Made by a program: the position numbers and the translations under genes. The notes under the pieces are model-generated. The model did no database searches. It saw nothing but the letters and a program-made list of their open reading frames with translations, and was not told the origin of the DNA. Source: Nemertoderma westbladi (taxonomy: Eukaryota; Animalia; Xenacoelomorpha). Taken from it: DNA of 64,000 nt. The DNA lies in contig JAUCBJ010007195.1 of the NCBI GenBank assembly GCA_032718475.1, positions 1 through 64,000 of the forward strand, in the 5' to 3' direction. Every line of letters starts with the position of its first letter. Position 1 is the first letter of the stretch. Positions 62,801 to 64,000 of the stretch are shown piece by piece.

Positions 62801-63794
62801 GCAGTTGGACGTAAACCGTATCACCCTACTGATCGGACTTGATACACCGGAACTACACATCCCCACAGGAGATATCGCCCGATCTATAAACCAGGATGAC
62901 GGATTTTATGCTGAACGAACAATAATGGGATGGACACTCTGCGGCATTAAGGAGGAAACTACGGACACCTATACCTACCTTCCTAAATGTCAGATTAAAG
63001 AGAATGTAACCTCTGTGGGTTATTGCTCAGTTTCGGATCTTGACGAGGATTTGTTTCTGGAAACAGAGAAAACCCAACGAGAGATGACGAAATATTTTAA
63101 TTTGGAGACCCAAGAGTTCGCGGAAAAGGACGAAAACCCATCCGAAGAGGACCAATATTGTATGGACGTTCTCGACCAGGCCACGTTTAAAGACGGACAT
63201 TGGCGCGTACCCATGCTTTGGTGGATAATAAGGTTATTGATGATAATAATGATGTTGATAACATTGACACCATTAATTGGAGAGCACGGACTAATCTGCC
63301 GTAATACCCGGATGGCGAACGCCTCAGTTGAGTCCCTCACTCCTAACCACTTACTGGGGAGACCCAAAACCCACCTCCTCCCGGAAACCATGTTCCCGGA
63401 TCCCAACGAGATCGCGAAACATACAAACTGGAAAAAGGCCCAAGCGTTGGCAGCGCATTGGTGGAGGATTTGGGCCCAGGAATATCTCATAACCCTCCGG
63501 ACCAGGAGGAAATGGAACAACACCCACCGGAACGTCGCAGTTGGCGACATGGTACTAGTTAGAGAAGATCTCAAAGACCGCGTTCACTGGCCTGTGGCGC
63601 GGGTCGTGACCATACACCCAAGCAAAGACGGACTTGCGAGGACTGTGACGATACGAACGAAAGCGGGCCACTACCAACGCCCCATCCAGAAGCTGTGCCT
63701 TCTTGAAGGCAATGACAGTGGTGATTCTACAAGAGGTGATAAGTTCCCTACGGATCCTGCTGCAGACATTGGTGACAATTATAAATGCGTTTAA
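59817..63794 (+). CDS. BEL/Pao polyprotein, 1325 aa: Gag (coiled coil, DUF1759-like, three Cys/His knuckles), aspartic protease, integrase C-terminal tail; RT/RNase H/IN core absent
   Basis: MPKMEIRTFEGDP.DY..F...KLVYL.QYL...AW.TLDKRYG; CLFCGEKHKVEFC, CFRCLGTGHYVREC, CTVCNDQRHHTLLH; AFLDNGSDGT; DGHWRVPMLW then within ~40 aa LTPNHLLG...WWRIWAQEYL...RPIQKLCLLE. Confidence 0.93.
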   Translation: MTTNNISDTDEMDHHTDSEADEVPNVKNMTRRLGALKGGVTRAYQRMEKQLKGVKTPLNEVQTQLQSIRNILQRYERMIQAYQELVPPTDQENYPKLEEHVVHLDGFRKQHRRTLSLVRGYEEQYYKRAERTDAESVRSSSIRTGVHHKRMGSTRNQHSSARSEISGSARSSQGAPPLRDQLRERKALALKARMEDEYIQLQAEQDVLAAETQRREAEQAAERQAEQREQEAEQHRREAERQAEQRKQEAEQRKQEAEQHRREAERQAEQHRREDERQAEQRKQEAEQRGREAEREIEQRKWEAEMRKQHAEAQAILIHKKNADIAKLAEYEAALIERDIQLYEDWERDIDQEYEPIPVPELEKSFTPTAAKPPKPEIPPTKQSTLSAQAPVFHPPPATLKNEEPYFPSNTTTASVPKYEPEKDSERDATPRSNNPFTSTPQTRSRVIIKTPPTIDPSSMGVSANNYNPPSHSSSDNVSIIRALENRLAMPKMEIRTFEGDPVDYLRFKKRFFAQIGSTDIADAQKLVYLSQYLGDKPRRIVACFEGGSHEAYYDAWKTLDKRYGNTGTIINKTLEKLIQDAGSLGDPQNLQEFSDSMKDAYYTLKPLNKEDQVNNILNLRQIARKFPGWLQSKWAYKCVDLRRRHPDQDPSFLEMSAFLDDISEAMNDSMFSKQSLAKLDAMESNYQSRAPTPNPRFRPTPVSAMAISMAEDSDDEDYEEPTSAEEWACYLANWAPEREGTTASPICLFCGEKHKVEFCRKFQFAELVPRFEAIMKHRGCFRCLGTGHYVRECDQRSCCTVCNDQRHHTLLHIPANFDFTTLPFRIEARRRGETNHIFKGTRTTQRRETNPFKISTNTPQVTNISATINLINRRYMVFAKVIPVRIQGVGKSLTTLAFLDNGSDGTIIDRDFLEQLGLEYEPCKRPIQTITDNREVESGEVQLQMEGVMKGYETAKLTIKNALVHTDLRVRFRQSAEYAPLIQLDRDDVDLRCPQLDVNRITLLIGLDTPELHIPTGDIARSINQDDGFYAERTIMGWTLCGIKEETTDTYTYLPKCQIKENVTSVGYCSVSDLDEDLFLETEKTQREMTKYFNLETQEFAEKDENPSEEDQYCMDVLDQATFKDGHWRVPMLWWIIRLLMIIMMLITLTPLIGEHGLICRNTRMANASVESLTPNHLLGRPKTHLLPETMFPDPNEIAKHTNWKKAQALAAHWWRIWAQEYLITLRTRRKWNNTHRNVAVGDMVLVREDLKDRVHWPVARVVTIHPSKDGLARTVTIRTKAGHYQRPIQKLCLLEGNDSGDSTRGDKFPTDPAADIGDNYKCV

Positions 63795-64000
63795 ACCCTT
63801 TCTCATCATGTTGACAAACTCTTATTAACTGTGATTTATCGACAATGAGTTATGGACCCCCCTTAAACCAACTGTAACCACGCAATGGTATTTGTGTTTC
63901 CTCGTGTGTTATGTGGAGTCCAGCATCACCCTGCAGATGTTTCGACTGACGCAGGGTCGTTTATGCATTGTTTACCCTGATTTTGGTCATCAGGACCTAC

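Larger units (their letters stand above)
58049..64000 (+). mobile_element. Non-autonomous BEL/Pao LTR retrotransposon; 5' boundary/LTR not resolved, probably continues beyond the window
   Basis: Long structured leader followed by Gag-PR-IN-tail ORF; no polypurine tract/LTR start recognised before 64000. Confidence 0.85.

Overview
Repeat-dominated eukaryotic (probably invertebrate animal) window. Bases 1-12.5k hold decayed LTR-retrotransposon material: a minus-strand BEL/Pao deletion derivative (gag joined to the integrase C-terminal tail) followed by a WRN/RNase D-like 3'-5' exonuclease pseudo-ORF, and a plus-strand, diverged exonuclease + triple CCHC-knuckle pseudo-ORF followed by a possible LTR. 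Bases 15.3-50.8k are a 30-bp satellite of roughly 1,050 units, interrupted by an RTE 3' fragment and a nearly complete LINE ORF2. The satellite unit is a copy of the exon/intron junction (AAG|GTTAGT) of a minus-strand gene with a fibronectin-III-like exon at 50811-51032, so the array appears to be an amplified splice donor filling a giant intron. An intronless REC8/RAD21-family kleisin gene lies at 53520-56030 (-). From about 58 kb a second BEL/Pao element carries an array of six kink-turn-like hairpins plus GAAA-loop hairpins in its leader, a small ORF overlapping the gag start (ATGA), and an open Gag-protease-integrase-tail ORF lacking RT, RNase H and the integrase core. All family assignments are by eye from motifs; no searches were run.
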